Shown here piece after piece: positions 44,025 to 54,762 of a stretch of DNA of 64,000 nt. Below the pieces are notes generated by a model. The model was not told the DNA's origin. It did no database searches and saw only the letters and a program-made list of their open reading frames with translations. The position numbers and the translations under genes were made by a program. Position 1 is the stretch's first letter; the number at the start of each line of letters is the position of its first letter. The stretch comes from Monoglobaceae bacterium (GTDB lineage Bacteria; Bacillota; Clostridia; Monoglobales; Monoglobaceae). The stretch is from positions 12,278 to 76,277 of the forward strand of contig JBGVEN010000017.1 of NCBI GenBank assembly GCA_045120135.1. The letters run 5' to 3'.

Positions 44025-45410
44025 TTAAAGAACAACTCCGTCCTTGAAAATTGATATTTCACGATAATTATTTTTTTCGTTGTGGGTTTCGGTGCCTGAC
44101 GCAACAGAGGTTATGTAGTCAAATAATTCATCAGTCAGGTCGTTGCCGGTGAGGGTGGGAGACGCATCAAAGTCGATCCAGTTTTTCTTTTTATCTGCTA
44201 AAGCTTTGTTGGTGGAGATTTTGACTGTTGGTACGGGTCCGCCTACGGGAGTTCCTCTGCCGGTGGTAAATAGTATAAGGTGTACCCCTGCTGCAGTAAG
44301 GTTGGTTATGGCAACTATATCGTTGCCCGGGCCGTCAAGGAGAGAAAGACCGTTTTGGGTGAGCCTATCACCTATTTTGAGTACATCGACAATCTCGCTT
44401 TTACCGCCTTTTTGGATACAGCCGAGGGATTTTTCTTCCAGCGTAGTGATGCCGCCGTCTTTGTTGCCGGGTGAAGGGTTTTCGTATATCACCTGATTGT
44501 GACGGGTGAAGTAGTCTTTAAAGTCGTTGATAAGTTCAACGGTTTTGTCAAAGACTTTGCGATTTACGCCGCGCTTCATCAAAAGGTGTTCTGCACCAAA
44601 CATTTCGGGGACTTCGGTAAGCACACAGCTACCGCCGAGAGAAATCAGTTTATCGGAAAATCTGCCGACAAGGGGGTTTGCGGTTATACCGCTTAACCCG
44701 TCGCTACCGCCGCATTTGAGTCCCACACGAAGCCGCGAGATAGAAACCGGGGTGGGCTTAAAGGTTTTTGCGTAGGACTTCAGTTTGTCAATCAGGGCAA
44801 CACCTTCGGCGATTTCGTCCTCGCAGTCCTGACAGTTCAGAAACTTAACCCGGTTTGGGTTGTATTCGCCCAAAAACTTCTTAAATTCAGGGATATTGTT
44901 GTTTTCACAGCCAAGACCCAGAACCAAAACACCGCCGGCGTTGGGGTGGTTGACAAGTCCACGGAGTATACTTTGCGTATATTTGTGGTCAGCACCCAAC
45001 TGGGAGCAGCCAAAGGGGTGTTCAAAGCAATATGCGCCGGTCATTTCTGCAAGTTTTTTTGCCACCTTGTTGACACAACCCACGGTGGTAATTATCCATA
45101 TCTCGTTGCGAATTCCCACATCCCCGTTTTCTCGGATATAGCCCATAAAGGTTTTATTCGTTTTTTCTCTTTTGATGGGTGTAAAGTCGGGAGTGTAGGT
45201 ATATTCAAGAATGCTGTACAGATTGGTTTTTATATTGTGGGTGTGGACGTGGTCGCCCTTTTTTATATCCTCGGTTGCATAACCTATGGGGTTGCCATAC
45301 TTAATGATGTTTTCTCCTGCGCAGATATTGCGTATGGCGTATTTGTGGCCGTTTTCCAAATTTACTTCCACATTGTCCAGCTTATTTATTAACATATTTT
45401 TCAACCTCAT
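44025..45410 (-). CDS. uxaA: Altronate dehydratase (UxaA family)
   Basis: N-terminal SAF domain (NICAGENIIKYGNPIGYATEDIKKGDHVHTHN) plus the large UxaA C-terminal domain. The start may be the downstream ATG at 45395. It overlaps the uxaB end. Confidence 0.8.
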   Translation of the reverse strand: MRLKNMLINKLDNVEVNLENGHKYAIRNICAGENIIKYGNPIGYATEDIKKGDHVHTHNIKTNLYSILEYTYTPDFTPIKREKTNKTFMGYIRENGDVGIRNEIWIITTVGCVNKVAKKLAEMTGAYCFEHPFGCSQLGADHKYTQSILRGLVNHPNAGGVLVLGLGCENNNIPEFKKFLGEYNPNRVKFLNCQDCEDEIAEGVALIDKLKSYAKTFKPTPVSISRLRVGLKCGGSDGLSGITANPLVGRFSDKLISLGGSCVLTEVPEMFGAEHLLMKRGVNRKVFDKTVELINDFKDYFTRHNQVIYENPSPGNKDGGITTLEEKSLGCIQKGGKSEIVDVLKIGDRLTQNGLSLLDGPGNDIVAITNLTAAGVHLILFTTGRGTPVGGPVPTVKISTNKALADKKKNWIDFDASPTLTGNDLTDELFDYITSVASGTETHNEKNNYREISIFKDGVVL

Positions 45411-46677
45411 CTGAAAGCTTGCTTAAATCCTCACCCCACAATTTTTCATTGGCAAGAATTGTTTTAACGTCTGAGTTTTTCATAAATTCACAAATTTCCT
45501 TATCGTCGTTGGGTATATCGGTTTTGTAGAACTCGATAAGCTTTGCAAAGGAAAACAGCAGGTGCTGAGGAAATTTATTATAGCGTTTTATGTATTCGAG
45601 AATTGAGGGAAGAACCCTTACCTTGAATTTGCTGACCGAATTAAGTGAGATAGATGAGCAAAGATGCTTGATGTAGGGGTTACGAAATCTTTCAAAAACA
45701 TCATTTGCGTAGGATAAAAGCTCTTCCTCGGGGAGGTCGAGAGTAGGGTTAATTTCCTCGAAAACACAGGCTTTGACAAAATCAAAGAGCTCCGTGTTGT
45801 CCATACAATCCTTGACAGTTTCCACGCCTTTCAGCATTGCATAGGGTATCATTGAGGTGTGTGCGCCGTTGAGTATACGAACCTTTCGGGTACGGTAGTT
45901 TTCGAGGCTTTCGGTGAATATTATATTGAGACCGGTTTTGTCCAGGGGAAGCTCGCTTGTGATGCTTTCAGGACCCTCGATAACCCAGAGGTGGAACAAC
46001 TCGCTGGTATTAAGCATATTGTCCTCGTAGCCGAGATTAATTTCCTCATCTTTTGGGTAGCCGGTTACAATGCGGTCAACCAAGGTATTGCAGAATATAT
46101 TTTTTGCTTCAAGCCAGTTTTTAAATTCGCAGCCCAGCTGCCAGTCATCAGCATATTTTGAGATTATTTCTTTTAGTGTGCTGCCGTTTTTGTCAATAAG
46201 TTCGCAGGGGAGAAAGATAAATCCGTCAAGCCCGAGCAAAAAACGTTTGTGGAGAAGTGCGGTAACTTTGGCGGGGAAGGATTTGGGCGGCGTATCGGTC
46301 AATTTGTCCGTCTCAATATATTCAATTCCTGCTTCGGTGGTATTGGAAAAAATAAATCTGAGGTCGGGGTTTTCGGCAAGGGCAAGGTAACTGTTCCAGT
46401 TGTCATATGGTTTTACACATCTGGAAATTACATCAATAACCTTGTTTTCCACGGTGGGAGTGCCGTTTTGCATACCTCGCATAATATGGGTGTAGGTGCA
46501 GTTTTGTTCTTCCAGCTTGTCGCAAAGACCTGTGGCTATGGGCTGGACAACCACAACGCTGCCGTTAAAGTCTGTTTTTTCGTTGGTAATCTGAAGTATC
46601 CAGTCGACAAAGCCACGCAAAAAGCCGCCTTCACCAAACTGAATAGCTCTTTCGGGTCTGTTTTTTTTGCTGAGCAA
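45382..46677 (-). CDS. uxaB: Tagaturonate reductase / altronate oxidoreductase (mannitol dehydrogenase family)
   Basis: 431 aa. The N-terminus reads IQFGEGGFLRGFVDW; NGAHT is present. It lies in a uxa context. Confidence 0.75.
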   Translation of the reverse strand: MLSKKNRPERAIQFGEGGFLRGFVDWILQITNEKTDFNGSVVVVQPIATGLCDKLEEQNCTYTHIMRGMQNGTPTVENKVIDVISRCVKPYDNWNSYLALAENPDLRFIFSNTTEAGIEYIETDKLTDTPPKSFPAKVTALLHKRFLLGLDGFIFLPCELIDKNGSTLKEIISKYADDWQLGCEFKNWLEAKNIFCNTLVDRIVTGYPKDEEINLGYEDNMLNTSELFHLWVIEGPESITSELPLDKTGLNIIFTESLENYRTRKVRILNGAHTSMIPYAMLKGVETVKDCMDNTELFDFVKACVFEEINPTLDLPEEELLSYANDVFERFRNPYIKHLCSSISLNSVSKFKVRVLPSILEYIKRYNKFPQHLLFSFAKLIEFYKTDIPNDDKEICEFMKNSDVKTILANEKLWGEDLSKLSDEVEKYVNK

Positions 46678-46824
46678 TTCTATCGCCTCCGTATATTTAT
46701 TATATCTTCATATTAAAACAAATTTATTTTGATTTCCTTGAAAATATTGCTTGATTTAATAAAAAATACAAAAATTTTGTTGACATATAGCGGAGATTGG
46801 GCTAAACTGAAAAAGGTGATTTGT

Positions 46825-47631
46825 ATGGCGGTATTCAGTAACGAAAATTCATGTTTCTTTGAACGGAAAAGACATATCAAGCCTATGACCATGCCGAGCG
46901 CTCATTATCACGATACGCACGAGTTGTATTTTTTGGAAAAGGGACAGACTAAGTATTTTATCGGTAATGAGATTTATATGCTTCAGCCGGGAGATATGGT
47001 GTTTATACCTAAATTTGTGTTTCATAAAACTGATAACGGTCAAAATCGGGTTGAAAGACTGAGGTTTTCCTTTGATGACAATTTTGCGGGCAGCGATTGT
47101 CAAAGGTATATTGACGAGTTGAAGGAGAAGAGATTTATCAGAATACCTGAGGCACGACTTGATGACTTTAAAAGTATTATTGAAAGGTTAGAGAAAGAGA
47201 ATGTTCAAAAGAAAAAGGGCTATGAGGATATGCAGAGCCTTTGTTTTATGCAGATGCTTATTTTGATTTCACGGTACTGCACGGCGTCAGGGACTAATTT
47301 AGGCAAGACCGAACAGACAGCGCAAAGTATTGCCAAGTATATAAGCGAAAATTTCAGTAGTGACTTGAGTCTTGAGGTACTTGCAGAAAAGTATTCAATG
47401 AGTCCGTGTCACTTATCAAGAATGTTCAAAAAGGCTGTCGGGATAAGCCTTTGCGAGTATATAAATATATCGAGGATTACTGCGGCTGAAAGATTGCTCC
47501 GCAATATGGATATGACGGTAACGCAGATTGCAACCGAGTGCGGCTTTAATGACAGCAACTATTTTGCGACGGTTTTTAAGCGGCTTAAAGGGGTTACACC
47601 CAAAAAATATTCGTTGGAGAGAAGAGGATGA
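46825..47631 (+). CDS. AraC-family transcriptional regulator (cupin plus double HTH)
   Basis: The C-terminal LSLEVLAEKYSMSPCHLSRMFKK...ECGFNDSNYFATVFKRLKGVTPKKY is canonical AraC. ATG at 46825 follows AAGGTGA. It is divergent from the uxa operon. Confidence 0.85.
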   Translation: MAVFSNENSCFFERKRHIKPMTMPSAHYHDTHELYFLEKGQTKYFIGNEIYMLQPGDMVFIPKFVFHKTDNGQNRVERLRFSFDDNFAGSDCQRYIDELKEKRFIRIPEARLDDFKSIIERLEKENVQKKKGYEDMQSLCFMQMLILISRYCTASGTNLGKTEQTAQSIAKYISENFSSDLSLEVLAEKYSMSPCHLSRMFKKAVGISLCEYINISRITAAERLLRNMDMTVTQIATECGFNDSNYFATVFKRLKGVTPKKYSLERRG

Positions 47632-47753
47632 AAAACACCCTTGCAAACAATCGTTTGCAAGGGTGCTGCTATTTGTAAAGTGTTTTTTCTAAGATTTTTC
47701 ACTGTGCTCAGAATGACATAAGGGAGTCAAAGTGACAAGCGGAAATGTTGGGG

Positions 47754-48719
47754 TTAGCAGTCTTTAAATCTCAGGAAAATTTTTAATGTTTTGCTTTCGC
47801 CGGGGGCAAGGAATTTGAGAATTTCCTTTTCGCGCATTATATTTCTGCCGTCGGGGTAGCAGTTGGCAGGTTCTAAGCCCAGAACATATTCGTATTCGCC
47901 CATCATTTTCCATTCGGTGAAGCAATCGAGGGTGCTCTGGTCAAAGGTCATTTCCAGCTCTGCGCCGATTTCGGGGTTTTTAAGGGAGATGTATGGGTCG
48001 GTATCAAATGTGTGATAGTAGCATTGCTCTACAAAATCGTCGGTGGGAACAAGCATTTTGTCCCAAGTGTCGATATCTTCGGCTGCGTGGTCATCTCTTG
48101 GCTCGACTTTGACGGATGAGATTGTGAGAATAGATTTTTCGCTGAGCAGAGGATAACCCATATTGCAATGATACATAAGCATAAACGGGGTTTCACGACA
48201 GCTAATGTTTGTGATTTTGTCGGTTATGGTAAGGGTGTTTTCGTGAAGTCCGCAAAGATATTCACGTTCAAAAAGGAATTGGTGTCCCCCCAGCGAGCCG
48301 TCACGCATTGTGGCGGTAATTTTTATATATTTATCGTCTGTCGAATATGAAAAACTTTCACAGGGGATATGCGAGATATTGCCGTGAAGGGGGAGTTCTT
48401 CGCCACAGTCCGTGCAAGGCTCGCCAACAGCGGTAAGTCCGCAAGTAGTGAGAAAACCGGTGGTGAATGATTTTAAAAATCCGTCACCTTTATTGTCATA
48501 GTACTGGGGTGCGACAAGACCGCAAGGGGCAATGTATGCCATACTGTTGCCTTTGTAGAAAAGGTAGGGGATATCTGCGCATCTGTCCAGAGATACTGTG
48601 AAGTCGAGGCCTTTGCCGTTGCGAACCTCCAAAAGGCGCATTCCGTCGGCTTTGCCACCGACCATTCGGGTTTCGCGCACACCACAGATTTGTGATGGGT
48701 GGCCTATATATTTGTTCAT
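47754..48719 (-). CDS. Aldose 1-epimerase-like (DUF4432-type) protein
   Basis: About 321 aa of beta-rich sequence. The N-terminus GVRETRMVGGKADGMRLLEVRNGKGLDFTV is typical of DUF4432/mutarotase-fold proteins. Moderate confidence. Confidence 0.5.
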   Translation of the reverse strand: MNKYIGHPSQICGVRETRMVGGKADGMRLLEVRNGKGLDFTVSLDRCADIPYLFYKGNSMAYIAPCGLVAPQYYDNKGDGFLKSFTTGFLTTCGLTAVGEPCTDCGEELPLHGNISHIPCESFSYSTDDKYIKITATMRDGSLGGHQFLFEREYLCGLHENTLTITDKITNISCRETPFMLMYHCNMGYPLLSEKSILTISSVKVEPRDDHAAEDIDTWDKMLVPTDDFVEQCYYHTFDTDPYISLKNPEIGAELEMTFDQSTLDCFTEWKMMGEYEYVLGLEPANCYPDGRNIMREKEILKFLAPGESKTLKIFLRFKDC

Positions 48720-48858
48720 CATATTTAATCACTCCAAATATCAGTATATATTTATATTAACAAAAAGTGGGAAGAATTTCAATGGGAAATTGAAAAACTG
48801 TTGACACGGGCAGAGGAGTGGGATATAATTTATGTAATGATGTTTGGAGGAGATTGCA

Positions 48859-50064
48859 ATGCTTCAAATTGAAAAAATCCTTGATATTGTAAAAAGCCTT
48901 GAACCAAAGCTCATCGAAGAACGCCGCAGATTTCACGAAAACGCCGAGCTTTCGGGTGTTGAATTTGAGACAATGGTGTACATACTGGACGAGATGACCA
49001 AGCTTGGACTTGAGCCGGTGTGGATAAGGGAGCCTGTTTCGGCATATTTTGTGTTTGATACCGGGAAGCCGGGCAAAACTCTGGCGCTCCGTGCGGATAT
49101 TGATGCTTTGCCAATTGATGAAGATGAGTATAATCTTAAGCAGAAAAAGGCGGTTGTTTCAAAAAATGCAGGGGCATGTCACGCCTGCGGCCACGATGGA
49201 CACGCGGCAATGCTGATGTCAATTGCCCGTGCGGTTGTTGCGAACAAGGACGAGCTTTGCGGCAGGTTTATATTCTTTTTTGAATCGGCAGAGGAGGGGG
49301 AAGCGGAGTTTGACTGCGCTGAGCTGTTTTGCGATGTGTTGAAAACGCTCAAGCCCGATGCGGTTTGGGGTATGCATATATGCGGATTTATGGATTGCGG
49401 AAAGATTTCTGTTCAGGCGGGGCCGAGAATGGCATCGCCCGGTTGTTTTGAAATCAAAATTATTGGTCGTGGAGGACACGGATCAAAACCATACCAGTCA
49501 ATCAATCCCTTGAACACTGCGGCAGAACTTGTGACAAAACTGCAGACTATTATTTCTACCAAAATCCCAACGGACGAGATTGCGACTCTTGCGGTTACGG
49601 CAATTAATGGTGGGGACACATGGAATATTATTCCCGATACCTGTACTGTTCTTGGCAACTTCCGTTGTTGCAGTCAGAAGATATATAATCTGATTGGAGA
49701 ACAGATACGATTGATTACAGAATCGGTATGTGCGGCAAACAGCTGTTCGTTTGAATATATAAAAATGCCGAATGGTGAAGTTATCAGACCGGTTGTGAAT
49801 GATCCGGAAATTTCTGCGATTGCGGAGGCGGCACTTGATAAAATTCTTCCCGGGGCAAGAATTCAGGAGCCTATCTGGATGGGCTCTGAGTCGTTTGGCT
49901 CGTATCAGAGAGTTGTGCCCGGGGTATTTGCTTTTATTGGTGTGAGAAACGAGGAGCTGGGCAGCGGAGCGGCACATCACAATGCAAAGTTTGACATGGA
50001 TGAGCGTGGTCTTGCTCTTGGCGTTGCGACAACACTTCAGTTTGTTTCGGATTTTATGGGGTAG
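48859..50064 (+). CDS. M20-family amidohydrolase (M20D, hippurate-hydrolase-like)
   Basis: RRRFHENAELSGVEFET, LALRADIDALP, HACGHDGH metal-binding block. ATG at 48859 follows GGAGGAG. Confidence 0.8.
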   Translation: MLQIEKILDIVKSLEPKLIEERRRFHENAELSGVEFETMVYILDEMTKLGLEPVWIREPVSAYFVFDTGKPGKTLALRADIDALPIDEDEYNLKQKKAVVSKNAGACHACGHDGHAAMLMSIARAVVANKDELCGRFIFFFESAEEGEAEFDCAELFCDVLKTLKPDAVWGMHICGFMDCGKISVQAGPRMASPGCFEIKIIGRGGHGSKPYQSINPLNTAAELVTKLQTIISTKIPTDEIATLAVTAINGGDTWNIIPDTCTVLGNFRCCSQKIYNLIGEQIRLITESVCAANSCSFEYIKMPNGEVIRPVVNDPEISAIAEAALDKILPGARIQEPIWMGSESFGSYQRVVPGVFAFIGVRNEELGSGAAHHNAKFDMDERGLALGVATTLQFVSDFMG

Positions 50065-50332
50065 GGGTGCAATCACTTGCGAAATATGCCTCAATATGTG
50101 CGTCCACGAATGATCTTATATCATTAAATTTACCAAGACAATAGAACCGTCCCTCTGTGTTTGCCCACCCCTGTGTTTAGTCAGTTGCTTTCAGAGCCAA
50201 GTGTAGGGTTAAAAAACCTACACTTGGTTTTTGTATAGCGAAAACCACGCAATAGTTTGAACGTTAGAAAGTATTGAATTTAAAAATATTGTATGATATA
50301 GTATTTTATATCAAAACAAGAATAGGAGTTTA

Positions 50333-50521
50333 ATGCAAATGATAGAGTTTGAATACTTAGTCGAGGATATGGAGCTTGTCGAAGACTGGATCGGTATGAA
50401 TGAGTTGGGTAATCTCGGTTGGGAATTGGTTTGTTGCATTGAGTCGCAAGGAAAATTGATTTTTAAAAGACTTGTTGATGAAGCAAGGTTTTTTGAAGAT
50501 ATGGAATATGATAAAGATTAA
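50333..50521 (+). CDS. Small DUF4177-like protein
   Basis: 62 aa; the NELGNLGWELVC...GKLIFKR pattern resembles DUF4177. Weak. Confidence 0.4.
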   Translation: MQMIEFEYLVEDMELVEDWIGMNELGNLGWELVCCIESQGKLIFKRLVDEARFFEDMEYDKD

Positions 50522-50588
50522 GCATAAGGTCGTTTGCGAAAGACAGGGGGACGGTTCTCCTGTCTCCCTGCCTTGCATGTCGTTATAC

Positions 50589-50628
50589 AAAAAAAGCAGA
50601 AACGGAAATTTTCCGTTTCTGCTTTTTG
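50589..50628. terminator. Bidirectional intrinsic terminator after clpC
   Basis: 14-bp stem agcagaaacggaaa / tttccgtttctgct, flanked by A-run and T-run. Confidence 0.75.
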
Positions 50629-53094
50629 TTATTTTGTGATGTCGAATTTATCGTCTTTAAACTCTACTGTTATGGTGTCGCCATTCTTCACTGTGCCGTC
50701 GAGCATTTTTTCGGCAAGCATATCCTCAATATCGGACTGAATTGCACGGCGGAGCGGTCTTGCACCGTAGGTGGGGTCAAAGCCGACATCTGCAATTCTG
50801 TCGATTGCGCTATCCGCAAATGTCGCTGTTATACCATTTGCGGCAAGTCTTTCGTTAAGGGTGGCAAGCATTTTTGTTGCGATTTCCTTAATGTGGTCAC
50901 GGCTGAGCTGGGTGAAGATAATTATATCATCAATTCGGTTAAGAAATTCCGGCTTGAATGCCCGTCTCAGTTCTCCCATTACATCCGACTTGATTTTTGC
51001 GTGGTCACGCTCGGCGTTGCTTTCGCCTGCTGAGAAGCCTAGACTTTTGTTTTCGGTAATCATTCGGGCACCTAAGTTAGAGGTCATAATGATTACTGTG
51101 TTGCGAAAGTCCACCCGTCTGCCCTGAGAATCGGTGAGAATTCCGTCCTCTAAAATCTGGAGAAGAATGTTAAATACATCGGGATGAGCTTTTTCGATCT
51201 CGTCGAAGAGTATTACCGAATACGGCTTTCTGCGGACTTTTTCGGTCAGCTGACCGCCCTCATCATAGCCTACATAGCCGGGGGGTGAGCCTACCATACG
51301 GGATACGGCGTGCTTTTCCATATATTCGGACATATCGACACGGATGAGTGCTTCCTCGTCGCCGAACATTGCCTCGGAGAGTGCCTTTGAAAGCTCGGTT
51401 TTACCTACACCGGTAGGACCGAGGAAGATAAACGAGCCAATTGGGCGTTTGGGGTCTTTGAGACCGACTCTGCCGCGACGTACGGCTTTGGCAACTGAGG
51501 TAACTGCTTCGCTTTGACCGATAACCCTTTTATGAAGAACTTCTTCAAGCTTCAAAAGACGTGCACTTTCATCGTCTTCAAGGGATTTTACGGGGATACC
51601 CGTCCATGACGAAACGATTTCGGCAATTTCGGCTTCGGTGACTTCTACATTCCCTGTGCGGCTTTCGTCTGCCCAGCTTTCCTTTTGCTTTTTCAGACCT
51701 TCGGTCAGTTCACGCTCATCATCACGGAGCTTTGCGGCCTTTTCGTATTCCTGCGCGGCAATTGCGGCTTCCTTTTCGTTACGGATATGCTCGATTTTGT
51801 CTTCAAGCTCCTTTACGTCGGGCGGTGCGGTCATTGCTTTAAGACGAATTCTTGATGCCGCTTCGTCAATCAAATCTATTGCTTTGTCGGGCAGAAATCT
51901 GTCGGGGATATATCTGACCGACATTTTAACTGCGGCTTCCAATGCACTGTCGGTAATTTTCACTCTGTGGTGTGCCTCGTATTTATCGCGGATGCCTTTT
52001 AAGATTTCGATGCTTTCGTCATGGGTCGGCTCGTCAAGGATAATGGACTGGAAGCGTCTTTCGAGTGCGGCGTCCTTTTCGATATGCTTGCGGTATTCCT
52101 CAAGTGTGGTTGCACCGACAATCTGGATTTCGCCACGGGCAAGTGCCGGTTTGAGAATGTTTGCGGCATCTATTGCGCCCTCCGCTGCACCTGCACCGAT
52201 TATGGTGTGAATTTCGTCAATGAACAGAATTATGTTGCCTGCCTTGCGGATTTCTTCCATTGCAGTTTTGAGGCGTTCTTCAAATTCACCACGGTATTTT
52301 GCACCGGCTATCATTGACGAGAGGTCTAAAGTGATTACCTTTTTGTCTTTGAGGATTTCGGGAATCTGACCCTGAACAATCTTTTGGGCAAGTCCCTCGG
52401 CCACTGCTGTTTTTCCTACACCCGGCTCGCCTATAAGGCAGGGGTTATTTTTGGTGCGGCGGCTGAGTATCTGGATGACTCTTTCGATTACCTTGTCACG
52501 ACCGATTATGGGGTCGAGCTTCAGCTCTGCCGCCATTTTGGTCAGGTCTCTGCCGTATTTATCAAGTGTAGGGGTTTTTTCTCCGTTTTTCTGTCTTGCG
52601 CTGGAGTGGCGGAGAGGCTCGGTTGCCGGATTGTTGTCGGGAATGTCGTTAAAGTTATTTTCACTCATAAGCTTTATTATGTCGTTATAAACTTTTTGGA
52701 TATTTACCTCGATGTCATTTAAAATTCTTACGGCAAGGCTCTCGCTTTCACGGAGAAGTGAAATTAAGATATGCTCAGTGCCGATGTAGTTGTGGCCCAG
52801 CTTCCGTGCCTCGCTGTAGCTGTGCTGGAGAATGCTTTTTGAACGGGGAGTAAAGCCAATGCTTGGGTTATTGAGGGGCAGGTCGAGACCTACCAGAAAA
52901 TCAATTTTGTCGACTAACTTTTTGTCGGTTACACCGTGTTCGCCAAGAACCTTTGCGGCAACGCCGCCGCCCTCACGGACGAGTCCTACGAGAAGGTGTT
53001 CGGTGCCAATGTAATTGTGACCCATTTCCATTGCCGCCTGTCCGGCAAGGTTGAGTGCGGATTTTGCACGTTCGGTAAGTTTTTGTTCAATCAT
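50629..53094 (-). CDS. clpC: ATP-dependent Clp protease ATP-binding subunit ClpC
   Basis: 821 aa with Clp_N repeats, two AAA+ modules (GEPGVGKTA; GPTGVGKTE), a UVR-like linker, and operon context with ctsR, mcsA and mcsB. Confidence 0.95.
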   Translation of the reverse strand: MIEQKLTERAKSALNLAGQAAMEMGHNYIGTEHLLVGLVREGGGVAAKVLGEHGVTDKKLVDKIDFLVGLDLPLNNPSIGFTPRSKSILQHSYSEARKLGHNYIGTEHILISLLRESESLAVRILNDIEVNIQKVYNDIIKLMSENNFNDIPDNNPATEPLRHSSARQKNGEKTPTLDKYGRDLTKMAAELKLDPIIGRDKVIERVIQILSRRTKNNPCLIGEPGVGKTAVAEGLAQKIVQGQIPEILKDKKVITLDLSSMIAGAKYRGEFEERLKTAMEEIRKAGNIILFIDEIHTIIGAGAAEGAIDAANILKPALARGEIQIVGATTLEEYRKHIEKDAALERRFQSIILDEPTHDESIEILKGIRDKYEAHHRVKITDSALEAAVKMSVRYIPDRFLPDKAIDLIDEAASRIRLKAMTAPPDVKELEDKIEHIRNEKEAAIAAQEYEKAAKLRDDERELTEGLKKQKESWADESRTGNVEVTEAEIAEIVSSWTGIPVKSLEDDESARLLKLEEVLHKRVIGQSEAVTSVAKAVRRGRVGLKDPKRPIGSFIFLGPTGVGKTELSKALSEAMFGDEEALIRVDMSEYMEKHAVSRMVGSPPGYVGYDEGGQLTEKVRRKPYSVILFDEIEKAHPDVFNILLQILEDGILTDSQGRRVDFRNTVIIMTSNLGARMITENKSLGFSAGESNAERDHAKIKSDVMGELRRAFKPEFLNRIDDIIIFTQLSRDHIKEIATKMLATLNERLAANGITATFADSAIDRIADVGFDPTYGARPLRRAIQSDIEDMLAEKMLDGTVKNGDTITVEFKDDKFDITK

Positions 53095-53116
53095 TTGGTT
53101 CAGTCCTTTCTGTATT

Positions 53117-54112
53117 TTAATTCTTTAAAGCTTTGCAGAAAAGCTCGGCGCGCTTCAGGTCGCGCTCGGTTGCATTTTGCGTGTTGTGGTTTTTGGTTAT
53201 GCTTGCAGGTAGGGTGCTGTACCACACTTCGCTGAGAGTTTCAAGGTTTATATTTTTTATTATACCCAGATTTACGCCCCATCTGACATCTGAAACAAGA
53301 TTCATTGTCTCGTCTGAGGAAAGGAGCCGGGCGTTTGTAAGTGTGCCGTAGGCTCTTAGGAGTCTGTCTTCGAGTCGGAATGTGTTTTTGGAATACAGCT
53401 CACGGCTGATGCTGCGTTCCTTTTCGATTATATCATTTATGACACGCTCAAGCTTTTCGACGGTTTCTTCTTCGGTCACGCCAAGGGTTATCTGGTTTGA
53501 AATCTGGTAGATGTTGCCGAGTGCCTGACTTCCCTCACCGTAAATACCACGGGCGGTAAGACCCAGCTTGGAGAGGGAACGGATAATGCGTTCCATATTG
53601 CCGGTTTCGGTGAGTGCCGGAAGATGCAGCATTGCTGAAATGCGGAGGCCTGTTCCCACATTGGTTGGACAGCAGGTCAGGTAGCCGAGCTTTTCGTCGA
53701 ACGCAATGTCGAGGCTTTCCTCTAATTTGTCGTCGATTTGGTTTGCTTTATCGAGACAGGCGTGCAGGTCTAACCCTGCACACATTGCCTGGATACGGAT
53801 ATGGTCTTCCTCGTTAAGCATAACCGAAGCTGTACAATCGCGGCTTACAAGAATTCCGCATTGGTGGCGGTTATGAACCATTTCGGAACTGACGAGGTGG
53901 GTTTCTGCAAGTGCCTGCTTTTCGGTATCGGTCATAACCGAGAAGTCGATATATTTCAGGTCGGGGAGAGCTTTGCGGCACTCGTCTATAACTTTTGTCT
54001 CGGCGTCTTTGGCCATTTTTATGCCAAATGGTATTTTTGCTATGTTTCGTGCAAGGCGTACCCGTGAAGATAAAACTACATCACCGGATTGCCCGAATTT
54101 TGTGTACCACAT
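53117..54112 (-). CDS. mcsB: Protein arginine kinase McsB
   Basis: VVLSSRVRLARNI..., the phosphagen-kinase block CPTNVGTGLR, and the start MWYTKF at 54112 after GGGGG. The 37-codon upstream extension of the tracked ORF overlaps mcsA and is discounted. Confidence 0.9.
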   Translation of the reverse strand: MWYTKFGQSGDVVLSSRVRLARNIAKIPFGIKMAKDAETKVIDECRKALPDLKYIDFSVMTDTEKQALAETHLVSSEMVHNRHQCGILVSRDCTASVMLNEEDHIRIQAMCAGLDLHACLDKANQIDDKLEESLDIAFDEKLGYLTCCPTNVGTGLRISAMLHLPALTETGNMERIIRSLSKLGLTARGIYGEGSQALGNIYQISNQITLGVTEEETVEKLERVINDIIEKERSISRELYSKNTFRLEDRLLRAYGTLTNARLLSSDETMNLVSDVRWGVNLGIIKNINLETLSEVWYSTLPASITKNHNTQNATERDLKRAELFCKALKN

Positions 54113-54116
54113 ATTC

Positions 54117-54623
54117 TTACCCCCTTTGCTGTTCCAGTTCTTTAATTTTGTCACGCAGCTCTGCCGCTTTTTCGAAGTTCTGGTCAAGAACTGCACGGCT
54201 AAGCTCGTCTTTAAGTTTGTCAATTTCGTGATTCAGATGCATACCCTTTGCTGAACTTTTTGGGAGCTTGCCCGTGTGGGTACAGCTTCCGTGGATTTCC
54301 TTTAACGGTCTTTGGAGAATCCGTTCAAACACCGAATAGCAATCGCTGCAGCCAAGCTTGCCGCTACTTTGGATATCGCGAAGTGTTGTACCGCAAGTTT
54401 TGCAGATGCTCTCGTTTGGTGTTTGCTTTAATGCAGGGGCTGATGTTCCCCACAGATTTGAAAAGAAGTTTTCAAAATCATAGTCGTTTGTCTGCTTAAA
54501 AGCTGAAAGGGCGTTTTCTTCGCCGGCACACTTATGGCAGAGCCAGACCTCAGATTTGTGGCCGTTAATTATTTGTTTGATATGTGTTGTTGCTTCGTTG
54601 ATACCGCATTTTTGACATTTCAT
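54117..54623 (-). CDS. mcsA: McsA (zinc-finger and UVR-domain activator of McsB)
   Basis: MKCQKCGINEAT...CHKC, CKTCG...CSDCY zinc fingers, and a C-terminal UVR motif (LSRAVLDQNFEKAAELRDKIKELE). Confidence 0.9.
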   Translation of the reverse strand: MKCQKCGINEATTHIKQIINGHKSEVWLCHKCAGEENALSAFKQTNDYDFENFFSNLWGTSAPALKQTPNESICKTCGTTLRDIQSSGKLGCSDCYSVFERILQRPLKEIHGSCTHTGKLPKSSAKGMHLNHEIDKLKDELSRAVLDQNFEKAAELRDKIKELEQQRG

Positions 54624-54762
54624 AGCTTTTACCTCCTTTGAGTGGATGACAATCCCTCAGTCACTTCGTGACAGTTTCTCGGCTCTCACCTCGGTCGGTG
54701 CTAAACGATTGCCACCGGCAATCAGCACCCCTTTACACAAGGGAGCCGTAAAGTCGTGCTTA

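Noticed and set aside
44946-46716. Plus-strand ORFs of 100-155 aa across uxaA/uxaB
   Set aside because: They are antisense shadows of well-supported uxa genes.
49498-50094. 198-aa minus-strand ORF
   Set aside because: It is antisense to the M20 amidohydrolase gene, is Arg/Asn/Cys-rich, and has no motif.
51638-52210. 190-aa plus-strand ORF, and others, within clpC
   Set aside because: It is antisense to clpC and has Ser-rich low complexity.
54113-54223. 37-codon N-terminal extension of the mcsB ORF
   Set aside because: It overlaps the mcsA 3' end. A strong RBS precedes the internal ATG at 54112, which gives the conserved McsB N-terminus.
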